Source: a virus
DNA: 64,000 bases
IMG/VR virus record: IMGVR_UViG_3300036715_002535
Location: 1 to 64,000 of that record
Strand: one strand, 5' to 3'
In this document: piece by piece, positions 10,274-19,867 of the stretch
Position numbering within the stretch: position 1 is the stretch's first letter
Layout: the number at the start of each line of letters is the position of its first letter
The notes under the pieces: model-generated
Told to the model about the DNA's origin: nothing
The model's database searches: none
The model's input: only the letters and a program-made list of their open reading frames with translations
Program-made: the position numbers and the translations under genes

Positions 10274-10939
10274 TTGTTCTACATCGTTTATAAAACTACC
10301 AATCTGGTGAACGGTAAGTTCTATATCGGTGTACATGGAACTTCGAAAATCGAGGATGGCTACTTAGGTTCGGGTCTATTCATACTTCGTGCGATCAAGA
10401 AGTATGGTAGAGAAAATTTCAAACGGGAAGTTCTCTTTAGCTTTACAGACCCAAACGAAGCTTTTAGAAAAGAATCCGAACTCGTTGTTGTAGGTCATCA
10501 GAGTTACAATTTATCCCCTGGTGGTCTTGGTGGGGTAGGTAAAAAACTAACCCCGGAGCATCGAAGAAAAATTAGTGAAGGGTGCAAAAATCCTTCTTTG
10601 GAAACTCGAAGAAGAATTGGAGAGTCTGCGAAGGCTAGGTACTCTGAAGAGGATCTCAAAAGACTTCTCGAAGCCAGCAAAAGGTATACCAAGTCGGATG
10701 AAAATCGAAAAAGAATCTCAAAGATGTGGACCGGACGAACTCATTCTGAAGAGACAAAAAGAAAAATATCCGAAGCTAAGACCAACCCACCAGAAGAAAC
10801 CCGGAAGAAAATGCGTGAAGCAAAACTAGGCACTACCAAATCTGCAGAGACTCGTAGAAAGATGAGTGAGTCGCAGAAGGAAAGACAGAAAAGAAGCCGA
10901 GAATTAAAGGACCTGGAGGTTAGAAGTGTCATTTTATAG
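10274..10939 (+). CDS. GIY-YIG (Seg-like) homing endonuclease with NUMOD3 repeats
   Basis: YIVYKTTNLVNGKFYIGVH...GYLGSG; HSEETKRKIS repeats. Confidence 0.92.
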   Translation: MFYIVYKTTNLVNGKFYIGVHGTSKIEDGYLGSGLFILRAIKKYGRENFKREVLFSFTDPNEAFRKESELVVVGHQSYNLSPGGLGGVGKKLTPEHRRKISEGCKNPSLETRRRIGESAKARYSEEDLKRLLEASKRYTKSDENRKRISKMWTGRTHSEETKRKISEAKTNPPEETRKKMREAKLGTTKSAETRRKMSESQKERQKRSRELKDLEVRSVIL

Positions 10940-11642
10940 AACAGGTTCCTGGGGTACTGGTAGACAAGATGAGAGAACCTTCGGAGCGAAGGATGTCTTT
11001 GGTATCAACCGCCATGCAGCTTTGAACACCCCGATAGGGGAAGTTGATGTAAGTTGGTTGGAAGGGGCATCTGCCGAGTACAAGATCTCTCCCAATCCGT
11101 ACGATTATGTGTTCAGCATCAATCGAATTGTGGTAGCGGACCTTCCAAACCGCAACATGGATGCGTTCCCAAAAGCAGAGCTGCATAGGTTTAACCTAAC
11201 TGTGGGTAAGCCCACGTGGCAGACTTTCATGGGAAAGCCTCTGTATTTTGAGCACAACCAGGTGCCGACTGATGCTCGCGGGGTAATTTTCAAATCCTAC
11301 GTGCAGCCTGAAGGACCCTACCACATGATCGTCAATCTCGTGGGTGCGGATAAGAAAAAGGATCCGGATCTTGCAAACGCAATCGCAACGAACCAGCGCC
11401 CCTTCTTCAGTATGGGTTGCACCGCCGATTACGTCCGTTGCTCCATCTGCAACAAGACCGCATCTGAAACCAGGGAGTTCTGCTATCACCTGGCGAATCA
11501 GCTTGGTCAGCTTCTCAATGGCCGCTTGGTCTATGAGAACCTTCTTGCCATCACATTCATTGAGCAGTCGAGCGTAGCCGCCCCCGCCTATCTGGGCGCT
11601 GGTAAGGGCAATCTGAACTTAGTAAACAACATGGCACAGTGA
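10926..11642 (+). CDS. Prohead maturation protease (putative) with Zn finger
   Basis: PNRNMDAF, GKPLYFEH, FSMGC..CSIC..C.H, F.EQS.V..PA motifs; head-gene context. Confidence 0.7.
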   Translation: MSFYRTGSWGTGRQDERTFGAKDVFGINRHAALNTPIGEVDVSWLEGASAEYKISPNPYDYVFSINRIVVADLPNRNMDAFPKAELHRFNLTVGKPTWQTFMGKPLYFEHNQVPTDARGVIFKSYVQPEGPYHMIVNLVGADKKKDPDLANAIATNQRPFFSMGCTADYVRCSICNKTASETREFCYHLANQLGQLLNGRLVYENLLAITFIEQSSVAAPAYLGAGKGNLNLVNNMAQ

Positions 11643-11651
11643 GGAGAAATT

Positions 11652-12356
11652 ATGACTAAGCTAACGATTCGAATTGCTGCACCTCGCAGAGAGTTCAAAA
11701 TCGATCTGCCCACCATCCTTCAGCACAAGGATATCCACGATTTTATCGACTGGGTGAAGAAGTATAAAGAGGGAGGTCGGGCTCTTGGCGAAGCCATCGA
11801 AGCTCTGAACGATCACCAGCGCAAAGAGTACGAAGATCTCTTCCGCGAGAACGCAACAATCTTGGCTAATACCTTCCCAGGTTGCAACAACTACAGCGAC
11901 GGACCTGGCAGCTGTAGCATGGGTGTGCCATACCCTCTCGCTCCTTCATATCTAGCGAGTTCGGATATCAAAGTTCCAGCAGATTACATCTGTCAGCTTG
12001 GAATCGCTGAGATGATGGACGAATACTTTGGAATCTGCTATGTTCCAAGGCGGATTACACAGCGGTTCCAAGATGCGGATATCAAACAGAGACTTGCCGA
12101 TGCCATTCGCCATCAGACTGCTGGCCCTGAGAACCTCAACACTGTCTTCATGGGTAATGCCACAGCTCAGGATTTGATTGATCTCTATGGTCGCCAGCAG
12201 GTCAAGCAGTGGTGGCGCCGAGTGGACGAGGATCATCTGCGTAACCTCGCAGATAGCTGCCCCAACCTCTACGATGGTCTCGTGGAGATGTTTGGCGGTG
12301 GCCTGGAAGAGGATGAGGACACCATTGGTGGTCCACGTCCTCGAGTGGAGGATTAA
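11652..12356 (+). CDS. Hypothetical protein with MTKLTIRIAA leader
   Basis: GAGGAG RBS, 234 aa. Confidence 0.7.
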   Translation: MTKLTIRIAAPRREFKIDLPTILQHKDIHDFIDWVKKYKEGGRALGEAIEALNDHQRKEYEDLFRENATILANTFPGCNNYSDGPGSCSMGVPYPLAPSYLASSDIKVPADYICQLGIAEMMDEYFGICYVPRRITQRFQDADIKQRLADAIRHQTAGPENLNTVFMGNATAQDLIDLYGRQQVKQWWRRVDEDHLRNLADSCPNLYDGLVEMFGGGLEEDEDTIGGPRPRVED

Positions 12357-12659
12357 ATGAAGTTCAAGGTCGTAACAAGTTTCGATCCTATCGCGGAACC
12401 CAACCATCGAATCGGAATGGCAATCAAAGATGAGAGCCACTACATCTGGTACGAGTACACCGGAAGTGACTCAGTTCTGCTTCGAACCAAGAACGGTAAG
12501 CGCGAAGAGAACATCGTTGCTGGTTCAAAATTCGGAGTTCGAACTTCATCGAACGGTCGGGACATTCGCCTGATCACCGAGAACCTGGGACCCACCATTG
12601 TCTTCACAATAGACTTTTCGGTCTACGGAAAACTGATCAATTCGTCCAAGGAATCCTAG
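12357..12659 (+). CDS. Hypothetical protein with MKFKVV leader
   Basis: GGAGG RBS, abuts neighbours. Confidence 0.7.
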   Translation: MKFKVVTSFDPIAEPNHRIGMAIKDESHYIWYEYTGSDSVLLRTKNGKREENIVAGSKFGVRTSSNGRDIRLITENLGPTIVFTIDFSVYGKLINSSKES

Positions 12660-13192
12660 TGCGGTATGTACCAACCGTAACGAGGATCTGGAGGAGATTA
12701 GACTTAACTGGGGTGGAAGAAGTTCTTCTTACCCCAGTTGATACTGATTTACCGAAAGAACCCTCAAGTATCCTTATAGATAATGGATGTTTTAGCATCA
12801 ACCGTGATCTGAGTCTACACCCTAAGTTGAACGATCATATCGAACGTTGCCTCGAACTGAAAAAAGATCCCAGATGTATCTTCGTTCTTCCGGACATTCG
12901 ACATAGCAAAAATCTGGCAATTCACTACATCAATGTTTTCATAGAACGCGTTAGACCCAAGAAATTCGTGCTTGTAGATGTGCCACATATTCTAGAGAAC
13001 TACAAGCACCTGATTGACGACGCGGAATTCCTTGCAATTCCCTCCAACCGTGAAAAACATGCTAGTTTTGATCTGAAAAGATACCACCTCTTTGGTAGAA
13101 ATCCAACGTTTACCATGGCTAGATCCTGGGATGATCTGCTGTTCGATGCCACCCTCCCACTAAAAGATCAGGTTTTACTTCGATCTCGTTAA
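12659..13192 (+). CDS. Short TGT/DpdA-like (guanine transglycosylase fold) protein, putative
   Basis: Ordered motifs LIDNGCFS, VLPDI, YHLFG, SWD. Confidence 0.45.
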   Translation: MRYVPTVTRIWRRLDLTGVEEVLLTPVDTDLPKEPSSILIDNGCFSINRDLSLHPKLNDHIERCLELKKDPRCIFVLPDIRHSKNLAIHYINVFIERVRPKKFVLVDVPHILENYKHLIDDAEFLAIPSNREKHASFDLKRYHLFGRNPTFTMARSWDDLLFDATLPLKDQVLLRSR

Positions 13193-13198
13193 TAATTC

Positions 13199-14080
13199 AT
13201 GAAGCACATTCTCCATAAACTCATCCTCGATCCTCTGGATTTCCTAGAGTACTTCTGTCCCAACGAAGATATAGATCTTGGCACGATCCTCTTTGGATAT
13301 AGAGGTCTCAAAGACGCCCTAAAGTTCCATACCTTGGGTAAGGAGTACGCGGAGAACCTTGCGAAGAAGTACGGTTTGACCCTGGAAAGATCTTACGAAG
13401 TGGATCAAGAGGATCTCAAACGGTTCATCCACCTATGCAGTCAGAACCTTGAGGCCGTGGCCCCTTACCTAGAAGAACGGGGCTTTCCGCTCGAGTTGGC
13501 TTCTAAGTATGACTTGGGCGGCTTTTGCTTCAACACCTTTAAAAACGAAGATTTGGGAACCTTAGGTCCCTACATTCTATTCAATGGGGATGAGCTAGAT
13601 TACATCAATCACCAGATTCGTCAACAGTGCCGGTTCACCGTTGACATTAAAGAGTGTAGGTTCCTCTTGTGTCCCAGTTACGATCGAACTGGGAAAGTGA
13701 ACAATCTAGCATTTCGGGTAATCAATCCGGCCCTGGAAACTCTCGCAAAGTGGGTGTTTGCAATGGGTCGTCAGGCTACCTTTGGTCTTCAATGGGTAGA
13801 TCCAAGAGAAGAGACTTGGGTCGTGGAGGGATTTTTCGATCAGGTAGCCTGTTACGAGTGTGGAATTCAAAGTGTGGGTCTAGGATCCGCTTTTATGTCT
13901 GAGGCTCACTTAGCCTATCTGAAAGATTTGAAACTTGCCTATTTATTCGATTCGGATGAAACCGGTCGAAAATATTCGGAGATTCTAGAAAAGGATCATC
14001 ACAAAGTACTCAGACTCAGTAAGGAGTTCAAGGATCCGTGGGAGTCTTGGACTCAAACTCAACAAATTCATTTAGAATAG
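13199..14080 (+). CDS. DnaG-type primase-like Toprim protein lacking a clear Zn-binding domain
   Basis: YLEERG, VVEGFFD, LFDSDETG, KDP motifs. Confidence 0.8.
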   Translation: MKHILHKLILDPLDFLEYFCPNEDIDLGTILFGYRGLKDALKFHTLGKEYAENLAKKYGLTLERSYEVDQEDLKRFIHLCSQNLEAVAPYLEERGFPLELASKYDLGGFCFNTFKNEDLGTLGPYILFNGDELDYINHQIRQQCRFTVDIKECRFLLCPSYDRTGKVNNLAFRVINPALETLAKWVFAMGRQATFGLQWVDPREETWVVEGFFDQVACYECGIQSVGLGSAFMSEAHLAYLKDLKLAYLFDSDETGRKYSEILEKDHHKVLRLSKEFKDPWESWTQTQQIHLE

Positions 14081-14097
14081 GTATAGTGGGGGTTCGT

Positions 14098-14553
14098 ATG
14101 AAATTCCATGTTGCCACAGAAAAAGAAGCTGCGACTCCTGGTGTTTACGAGAGGCTTTGTGTAGGTCTGGAGATTGTTGCCCGGACAAACGCGCTCACCT
14201 ACCCCAGTCTAATCTCAGAAAAAGCCAGACTGGCAGTTGTTCTTCCCATCCAAATTCGTAAAGAAGACTTCGATCCGGAAGACTGGGAATTCGAGATGAA
14301 GGATGCGGATACCTTCCGCTGGATCAAATTAGATCTCAATCTGAGTGGGGATATGGCGGAAGTCTTTCTTCGTACCCCACAGATCAAAGACATCAGCTGG
14401 ATCGAAGATTGGTATATCTCTAGAGCGGAACAGCCACCGAGTCTCCTGCAACCGGAAGGGCACGCAGATTGGGATGACTCCCCCATTCTTACTTCAGAGC
14501 TGCCGAACCTGGATCTTCGACAACTAGTTGAATTCGAATTCTTTAGAGCCTAG
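14098..14553 (+). CDS. Hypothetical protein with MKFHVA leader
   Basis: ATG 14098 in the ORF-track frame 14038. Confidence 0.6.
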   Translation: MKFHVATEKEAATPGVYERLCVGLEIVARTNALTYPSLISEKARLAVVLPIQIRKEDFDPEDWEFEMKDADTFRWIKLDLNLSGDMAEVFLRTPQIKDISWIEDWYISRAEQPPSLLQPEGHADWDDSPILTSELPNLDLRQLVEFEFFRA

Positions 14554-14560
14554 GTCCAGA

Positions 14561-15211
14561 ATGAAGGTTCTCTCCCCCGTAATTCTAAGCGGTCTGACAA
14601 ATCGAAAATTCGATAGACAGCATCATGTTGATGTTGTTGATTCGAATTACACGATTACGGCAACAGACATCGTGGTTGCGGTTCGCTCAATTACGGGCCT
14701 AAGAACCTTCTCCCTTCCAGCCATCAGCGCTTGCCCAGAACAAATTCTCTGGGTAATTGATTACTCCGGTCAAGTAAATATAACGAATACCGTTCAAATC
14801 CTCGCAAACGGTACAGATCTGATCCAGGATGGATCAACTTACAACATGATGAGCCCCTTCGGTGCCGTCTGTCTTCGTAACGATGGTGTCGGTATCTGGT
14901 CTGTTCTATCTGCGAATGACGTTTCTTCTGCAGTCAAAAAACCAATTCTTCGTACTACTGCCAGCTATACGGTAACAGGTGTGGACTCCACAATCATTTG
15001 TGATGCAACAAACAACAGTATTGCAATCTTCCTGCCTGCGAATCCTGCAGCAGGGCACTATGTAACAATCAAAAAAGTTGACTCTACTTCCCACTCCATT
15101 ACCGTTGATGGAAATGGTAAACAGATTGACGGCCTGTCTTCTGTAATCATATCTAATCAATACGTATCCTACGTGCTCCAATACGATGGGCTCGTCTGGA
15201 ACATCTTATAA
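14561..15211 (+). CDS. Tail-fibre-associated protein (two beta modules)
   Basis: C-terminal module YTVT..D..I..DAT...LPA.P..G...IKKVDS...IDG shared with the 15233 gene. Confidence 0.7.
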   Translation: MKVLSPVILSGLTNRKFDRQHHVDVVDSNYTITATDIVVAVRSITGLRTFSLPAISACPEQILWVIDYSGQVNITNTVQILANGTDLIQDGSTYNMMSPFGAVCLRNDGVGIWSVLSANDVSSAVKKPILRTTASYTVTGVDSTIICDATNNSIAIFLPANPAAGHYVTIKKVDSTSHSITVDGNGKQIDGLSSVIISNQYVSYVLQYDGLVWNIL

Positions 15212-15232
15212 TTTCCGAGGGAGGAAAGTAGA

Positions 15233-17377
15233 ATGTCGTACATCTTAAACTCACCTGCGTTTACGGGCACCCCAACTGGCCCAACGCCGGCAACCGCGGA
15301 TAATACCACCAAGCTCGCGACGACTGCGTTCGTCAAGGCTCAGGGGTATCTGACCGGGAATCAGAACATCACATTCAGTGGAGATGCAACTGGTTCTGGT
15401 ACGACTGCCGTAACCCTCACCCTCGCAGCAAGCGGTGTCACTGCCGGTACTTACAAGTCCGTAACTGTGAACGCAAAGGGTCTGGTAACTGCCGGAACAA
15501 ACCCCACCACGCTCGCAGGATATGGAATCACTGACGCAGTGAATTCATCCCTACTGGGTGTAGCAAACGGAGTGGCAACTCTGGACGCAACCGGTAAGGT
15601 ACCGGTCGCACAGTTGCCTTCTTCGGTCCTGGGTGGGATGACCTACCAGGGAACTTGGAACGCAACTACGAATACTCCAGCGCTTGCTTCTGGTGTTGGA
15701 ACCAAGGGATGGTACTACAAGGTAGCAACTGCGGGTACAACCTCCATCGATGGCAATGCCAACTGGACCCTCGGGGATCTGATCGTCTTTGATGGAACGG
15801 TTTGGGAACAAGTACAGGGTGGTAGCTCTGATGTGGTTTCCGTAGCCGGCAAGGTTGGTGTGGTAACCCTGGTCGTGGGTGATGTGAGTGGTGCAGCTCC
15901 TCTGGCTTCCCCCACCTTCACCGGCACAGTCACTGCACCGACCTTCGTGGGCGCCTTGACTGGAACCGCTTCCAATGCCTCGCAGTTGAATGGTCAGTCG
16001 GCTTCGTACTACACTTCGACGACCAACATCACTGAGGGCACCAACCTCTACTTCACCAACGCTCGCGCAATCGGTGCTACACTGACCGGTTTCAGTGCAA
16101 CGGCAGGTGGTAACGTTGCGGCAACGGATACAATTCTTCAGGGCCTACAGAAGCACGAGTTCCGCCTGAACAATATCGTATCTGGTGTCTCCAGCGTCAA
16201 TGGTAGCACTGGTGCCGTGACCCTCACTACTGCAAACGTAGCTGAGAACACAAACCTGTACTTCACCAACGCTCGTGGCATCGCCGCTACCCTGACTGGC
16301 TTCATTGCCACCTCCGGAACCGTAGCAGCAACCGACTCCGTGCTGACTGCCATTCAGAAGTTGGCTTACTCAGTCAACAATGCAGTCACCGGTGTTGCCA
16401 GCGTCAATGGTGCCACCGGCGTTGTGACCCTCACTACAACGAACATTGCAGAGGGGTCCAACCTTTACTTCACCACCGGAAGAGCCCAAGCAGCTATCAC
16501 CGGAACAGCTCCGATCTCCGTCGCCGCTGGTGTGGTGAGCATTTCCCAGTCGAGCAGCACGACCAACGGTTACCTAAGTTCGACCGACTGGAGCACCTTC
16601 AATGCCAAGGCTCCTACCGCAAGCCCCACCTTCACGGGAACCCCGGTAGCACCCACAGCAGCAGTCGATACTAACACCACGCAGCTCGCCACCACCGCGT
16701 TTGTGATCGGTCAGGGTTACCTGAAGTCCTCCGTGGCTTCTACCACCTACGCACCTATCGCATCCCCGGTCTTCACTGGCACCCCGGCAGCTCCCACTCC
16801 AACTGCCGGTGATAGCTCCACCAAGCTGGCGACCACTGCGTTCGTAGCAACATCCTACGCACCTCTGGCTTCCCCGGCCCTCACTGGCAACCCAACCGCA
16901 CCGACTCCTACCGCAGGGGACAATGACACTAGCATCGCAACCACCGCGTTCGTAACCGGCGGAATTGCAACTGCGATCGCTCCTCTGGCGCCTATCGCTT
17001 CCCCGGCTCTTACCGGTAACCCCACGGCACCAACTCCTGCTGCTGGTGACAATGACACTAGCATCGCAACCACCGCGTTCGTAACTGCTGCCATTGCAGT
17101 CAACAGTAAGTCGATCGTTACCAAGAGTGCAAACTACACCGTAACGGCAACGGACTACACCATCCTGGTGGATGCAACCGCAGGCGCAGTAACCCTCACC
17201 TTGCCAGCCTCCCCACTAGTTGGTCAGGAATTGAACATCAAGAAGGTAGACTCTTCGGCCAATGCGGTAACCATCACCACAACCGCAACGATCGACGGCG
17301 CCTCCAGCTTGATCATTCCTGCCCAGTGGCAAGCCTACTACATGCAGTGGAGCGGTACTGCCTGGTACATCATGTAA
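15233..17377 (+). CDS. Tail fibre protein
   Basis: Repeated APLASPALTG.PTAPT...T.(L/I)ATTAFV and V.SVNG.TG.V.LTT units. Confidence 0.88.
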   Translation: MSYILNSPAFTGTPTGPTPATADNTTKLATTAFVKAQGYLTGNQNITFSGDATGSGTTAVTLTLAASGVTAGTYKSVTVNAKGLVTAGTNPTTLAGYGITDAVNSSLLGVANGVATLDATGKVPVAQLPSSVLGGMTYQGTWNATTNTPALASGVGTKGWYYKVATAGTTSIDGNANWTLGDLIVFDGTVWEQVQGGSSDVVSVAGKVGVVTLVVGDVSGAAPLASPTFTGTVTAPTFVGALTGTASNASQLNGQSASYYTSTTNITEGTNLYFTNARAIGATLTGFSATAGGNVAATDTILQGLQKHEFRLNNIVSGVSSVNGSTGAVTLTTANVAENTNLYFTNARGIAATLTGFIATSGTVAATDSVLTAIQKLAYSVNNAVTGVASVNGATGVVTLTTTNIAEGSNLYFTTGRAQAAITGTAPISVAAGVVSISQSSSTTNGYLSSTDWSTFNAKAPTASPTFTGTPVAPTAAVDTNTTQLATTAFVIGQGYLKSSVASTTYAPIASPVFTGTPAAPTPTAGDSSTKLATTAFVATSYAPLASPALTGNPTAPTPTAGDNDTSIATTAFVTGGIATAIAPLAPIASPALTGNPTAPTPAAGDNDTSIATTAFVTAAIAVNSKSIVTKSANYTVTATDYTILVDATAGAVTLTLPASPLVGQELNIKKVDSSANAVTITTTATIDGASSLIIPAQWQAYYMQWSGTAWYIM
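15743..15796 (+). repeat. 54-bp perfect inverted repeat, copy 1 (partner 27316-27369)
   Basis: tccatcgatggcaatgccaactggaccctcggggatctgatcgtctttgatgga. Confidence 0.92.
16921..17085 (+). repeat. Internal direct repeat in tail fibre gene
   Basis: caatgacactagcatcgcaaccaccgcgttcgtaac at 16921 and 17050. Confidence 0.9.
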
Positions 17378-17392
17378 TAGGAAGGACAGTCA

Positions 17393-19429
17393 ATGACTTA
17401 CCTGGAAGACAAAACTTCTCCAGCGTTTCTGGGATCCCCTACCGCGCCAACACCGCCGGTAGGGGATAACTCCACGCGCTTAGCCACAACGGCTTTCGTA
17501 AAGAGCCAAGGTTATGCGAGTGGAACTACCTGCTGGAGTCTTTCCGGTAACGCAGGCACCACCTCAGCCAACTTCGTCGGAACTACTGATGCCCAGCCAA
17601 TCCGTTTCCGGGTCAATAACGTTGAGCAAGGTTGGCTAGATACCAATGGTGCACTTCGTCTTGGTAACCCCACGGTCGCTGGCATCAGTGGTTCCGAACG
17701 ACTTATTCTCAATGATGCAACTGGTAACTTCTCTGACTATTCCTTCGCGGTAGCTGGAAATGGTTGGCCGGTCATCAATCTGGGATCTTCGAACGGAACC
17801 CCTACGGCAAGAACTGCTTCAGCTGCAAACGGAAATCTGGGAACTTACAACTGGTGGGGCTACGATGGCACCACCTGGATTTCTGTTGCACAGTTCAACG
17901 TAAAAACAATTACGGTTGCCGCAGGATCTATCCCTTCTCAGGGTATCTGGACAATCAACGGCACTACGGTAATGACCATGACTTCGAGCTTGGTCAACTT
18001 CCCAGTGACCGCAACTGCCACTACCCCAGCAACTTCAGATAACACAACCAAGATTGCAACAACGGCATTCGTTAAGGATCAAGGGTACCTGACTGCGAAC
18101 CAGAGCATTACTCTTACAGGGGATGCTTCCGGTACAGGTACAACTACAATCCCAGTAGTTCTAGCAAACACCGGGGTAACTGCTGGAACTTATCAAGCGG
18201 TTACAGTAGACAGTAAAGGTCGGGTAACCGCTGGATCCAACCCAACCACGCTTGCAGGATATGGAATCACTGACGCAGTCTCCACCGCCTCCCCGGCTTT
18301 TACCGGAACTCCTACTGCACCTACTGCTGCGGTTGATACCAACACTACCCAGCTTGCAACAACGGCATTCGTAATTGCTCAGGTTGCAAGTGAAGGAATA
18401 AATCAGCCGATCGGGCAAATTGTTTTTGGTAATGCAACAAGTACCGGCCTTACTAGTTCTTCTAGCTTTACATGGAACGGTACAACCGGCCTTACCGCCG
18501 CGGGAAATGCAACCTTTGGTGGAACTGGAACCTTCTTCGGTGACTTGACCATCGGCGGTAAGCTCAAGCTACCTGCCATTGCAGACCCTTCCCCAGCACC
18601 GGCAGGTTCGGGTTACCTCTACGCAAAAACAGTTGCAGGTAGAGTCGTACCCAAGTGGATTGGACCTGCTGGAATTGATGAGATTCTTCAAGCTCACATT
18701 GGTCAGGACAAGATCAATACCTGGAGCCCTGCAGGTAACTCTACTGCGGTCTCAAACCTGTTCGGTGGTGCGGTTGCCTTTACTGCGGTGGGTACTGCAA
18801 CTGCCCGGAACGTGGCAACCACCAACATGGCAACCAGAACGAGGAGACTGGGCTATGTATCCTCAACAAGTGTGGGGTCCCTTACATCCATTCGAACTGC
18901 GGCAGCTCAGTACACTCTAGGAGTTCCAGGAACTCCAAACCTGGGCGGCTTCTTCCTGATCATCCGGTTCGTACCTTCAAATCCATCGGGACAAACCGGA
19001 GAAAGATTCTTTGCGGGTCTGTGGGCAACAACTTCAGCTCCCACAAACATTGAACCCAGCACCCAGACGAACTGCATTGGAGTTGCGCAGCTTTCCTCCT
19101 CAACCAACCTTCAAATAGTGTATGGTGGTTCAGTAGCTCAAGCAGCAATAGACCTCGGTTCGAATTTCCCTGGAAATACCCTTTCAGCGGATCTTTATGA
19201 GCTGATTCTCTTCACACCACCTAACGCCAACAATACGGTCTACTACAAGGTATCTCGTCTCAATACTGCGTTCGTTGCAGAGGGATCCTTAACAGCGGCA
19301 ACTCCAGGAACTCAGTTGCCACTCAATACCACTTTACTTTCAGGTCCGGTGATCTGGAAGTCAAATAATGCGCAGAGCGGTGCGGTTGCATTTGATTTGG
19401 TTAGTGCCTATATTGGAACGGATCAATAA
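17393..19429 (+). CDS. Tail fibre protein
   Basis: ATTAFV repeats, VTVDSKGRVTAG and PTTLAGYGITDA motifs shared with 15233 gene. Confidence 0.85.
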   Translation: MTYLEDKTSPAFLGSPTAPTPPVGDNSTRLATTAFVKSQGYASGTTCWSLSGNAGTTSANFVGTTDAQPIRFRVNNVEQGWLDTNGALRLGNPTVAGISGSERLILNDATGNFSDYSFAVAGNGWPVINLGSSNGTPTARTASAANGNLGTYNWWGYDGTTWISVAQFNVKTITVAAGSIPSQGIWTINGTTVMTMTSSLVNFPVTATATTPATSDNTTKIATTAFVKDQGYLTANQSITLTGDASGTGTTTIPVVLANTGVTAGTYQAVTVDSKGRVTAGSNPTTLAGYGITDAVSTASPAFTGTPTAPTAAVDTNTTQLATTAFVIAQVASEGINQPIGQIVFGNATSTGLTSSSSFTWNGTTGLTAAGNATFGGTGTFFGDLTIGGKLKLPAIADPSPAPAGSGYLYAKTVAGRVVPKWIGPAGIDEILQAHIGQDKINTWSPAGNSTAVSNLFGGAVAFTAVGTATARNVATTNMATRTRRLGYVSSTSVGSLTSIRTAAAQYTLGVPGTPNLGGFFLIIRFVPSNPSGQTGERFFAGLWATTSAPTNIEPSTQTNCIGVAQLSSSTNLQIVYGGSVAQAAIDLGSNFPGNTLSADLYELILFTPPNANNTVYYKVSRLNTAFVAEGSLTAATPGTQLPLNTTLLSGPVIWKSNNAQSGAVAFDLVSAYIGTDQ

Positions 19430-19857
19430 TGACCTACTCATACTTCCCAGACTACGGCTCGGTGATTAGAGATTCAGACCAGAAACTCATCACACCCTGT
19501 CAGAGTACTGCAGACCAGGATTTTCTGGACTATAAAGCGTGGGTTGATGCAGGAAATTCTCCGGCACCCCCACCGCCTGCATCCGAACTGGGTGCTGCGA
19601 AAGAAACCATCATTTCAGCAGTTCAAGCTCATATGGACTACACCGCAAGTCTTCGTGGATACGATTCCATCCTTTCTCTTTGCACCTACGCGAACTCCTC
19701 CATCCCACAGTTCAAGGCTGAAGGTCAGGCGGGGGTCAACTGGAGAGATCAGTGCTGGGCAATCGGATACGGCATCATGGCCGATGTGCTTCAAGGTAGG
19801 AGAGCAATGCCCACAGCCGAGCAAGTTCTAGCTGAGATGCCATCCATTGTCTGGTAA
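19429..19857 (+). CDS. Tail fibre assembly chaperone-like protein
   Basis: Y..WV.AGN.P; RGYDSILSLCTYANS...F.AEG.A...WRD..W pattern; directly after fibre gene. Confidence 0.7.
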   Translation: MTYSYFPDYGSVIRDSDQKLITPCQSTADQDFLDYKAWVDAGNSPAPPPPASELGAAKETIISAVQAHMDYTASLRGYDSILSLCTYANSSIPQFKAEGQAGVNWRDQCWAIGYGIMADVLQGRRAMPTAEQVLAEMPSIVW

Positions 19858-19867
19858 GGAGTTAGAA

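Noticed and set aside
10144-11642. Group I intron around the GIY-YIG gene, splitting the protease
   Set aside because: The endonuclease starts 4 nt after the upstream stop and overlaps the downstream start; there is no room for an intron core.
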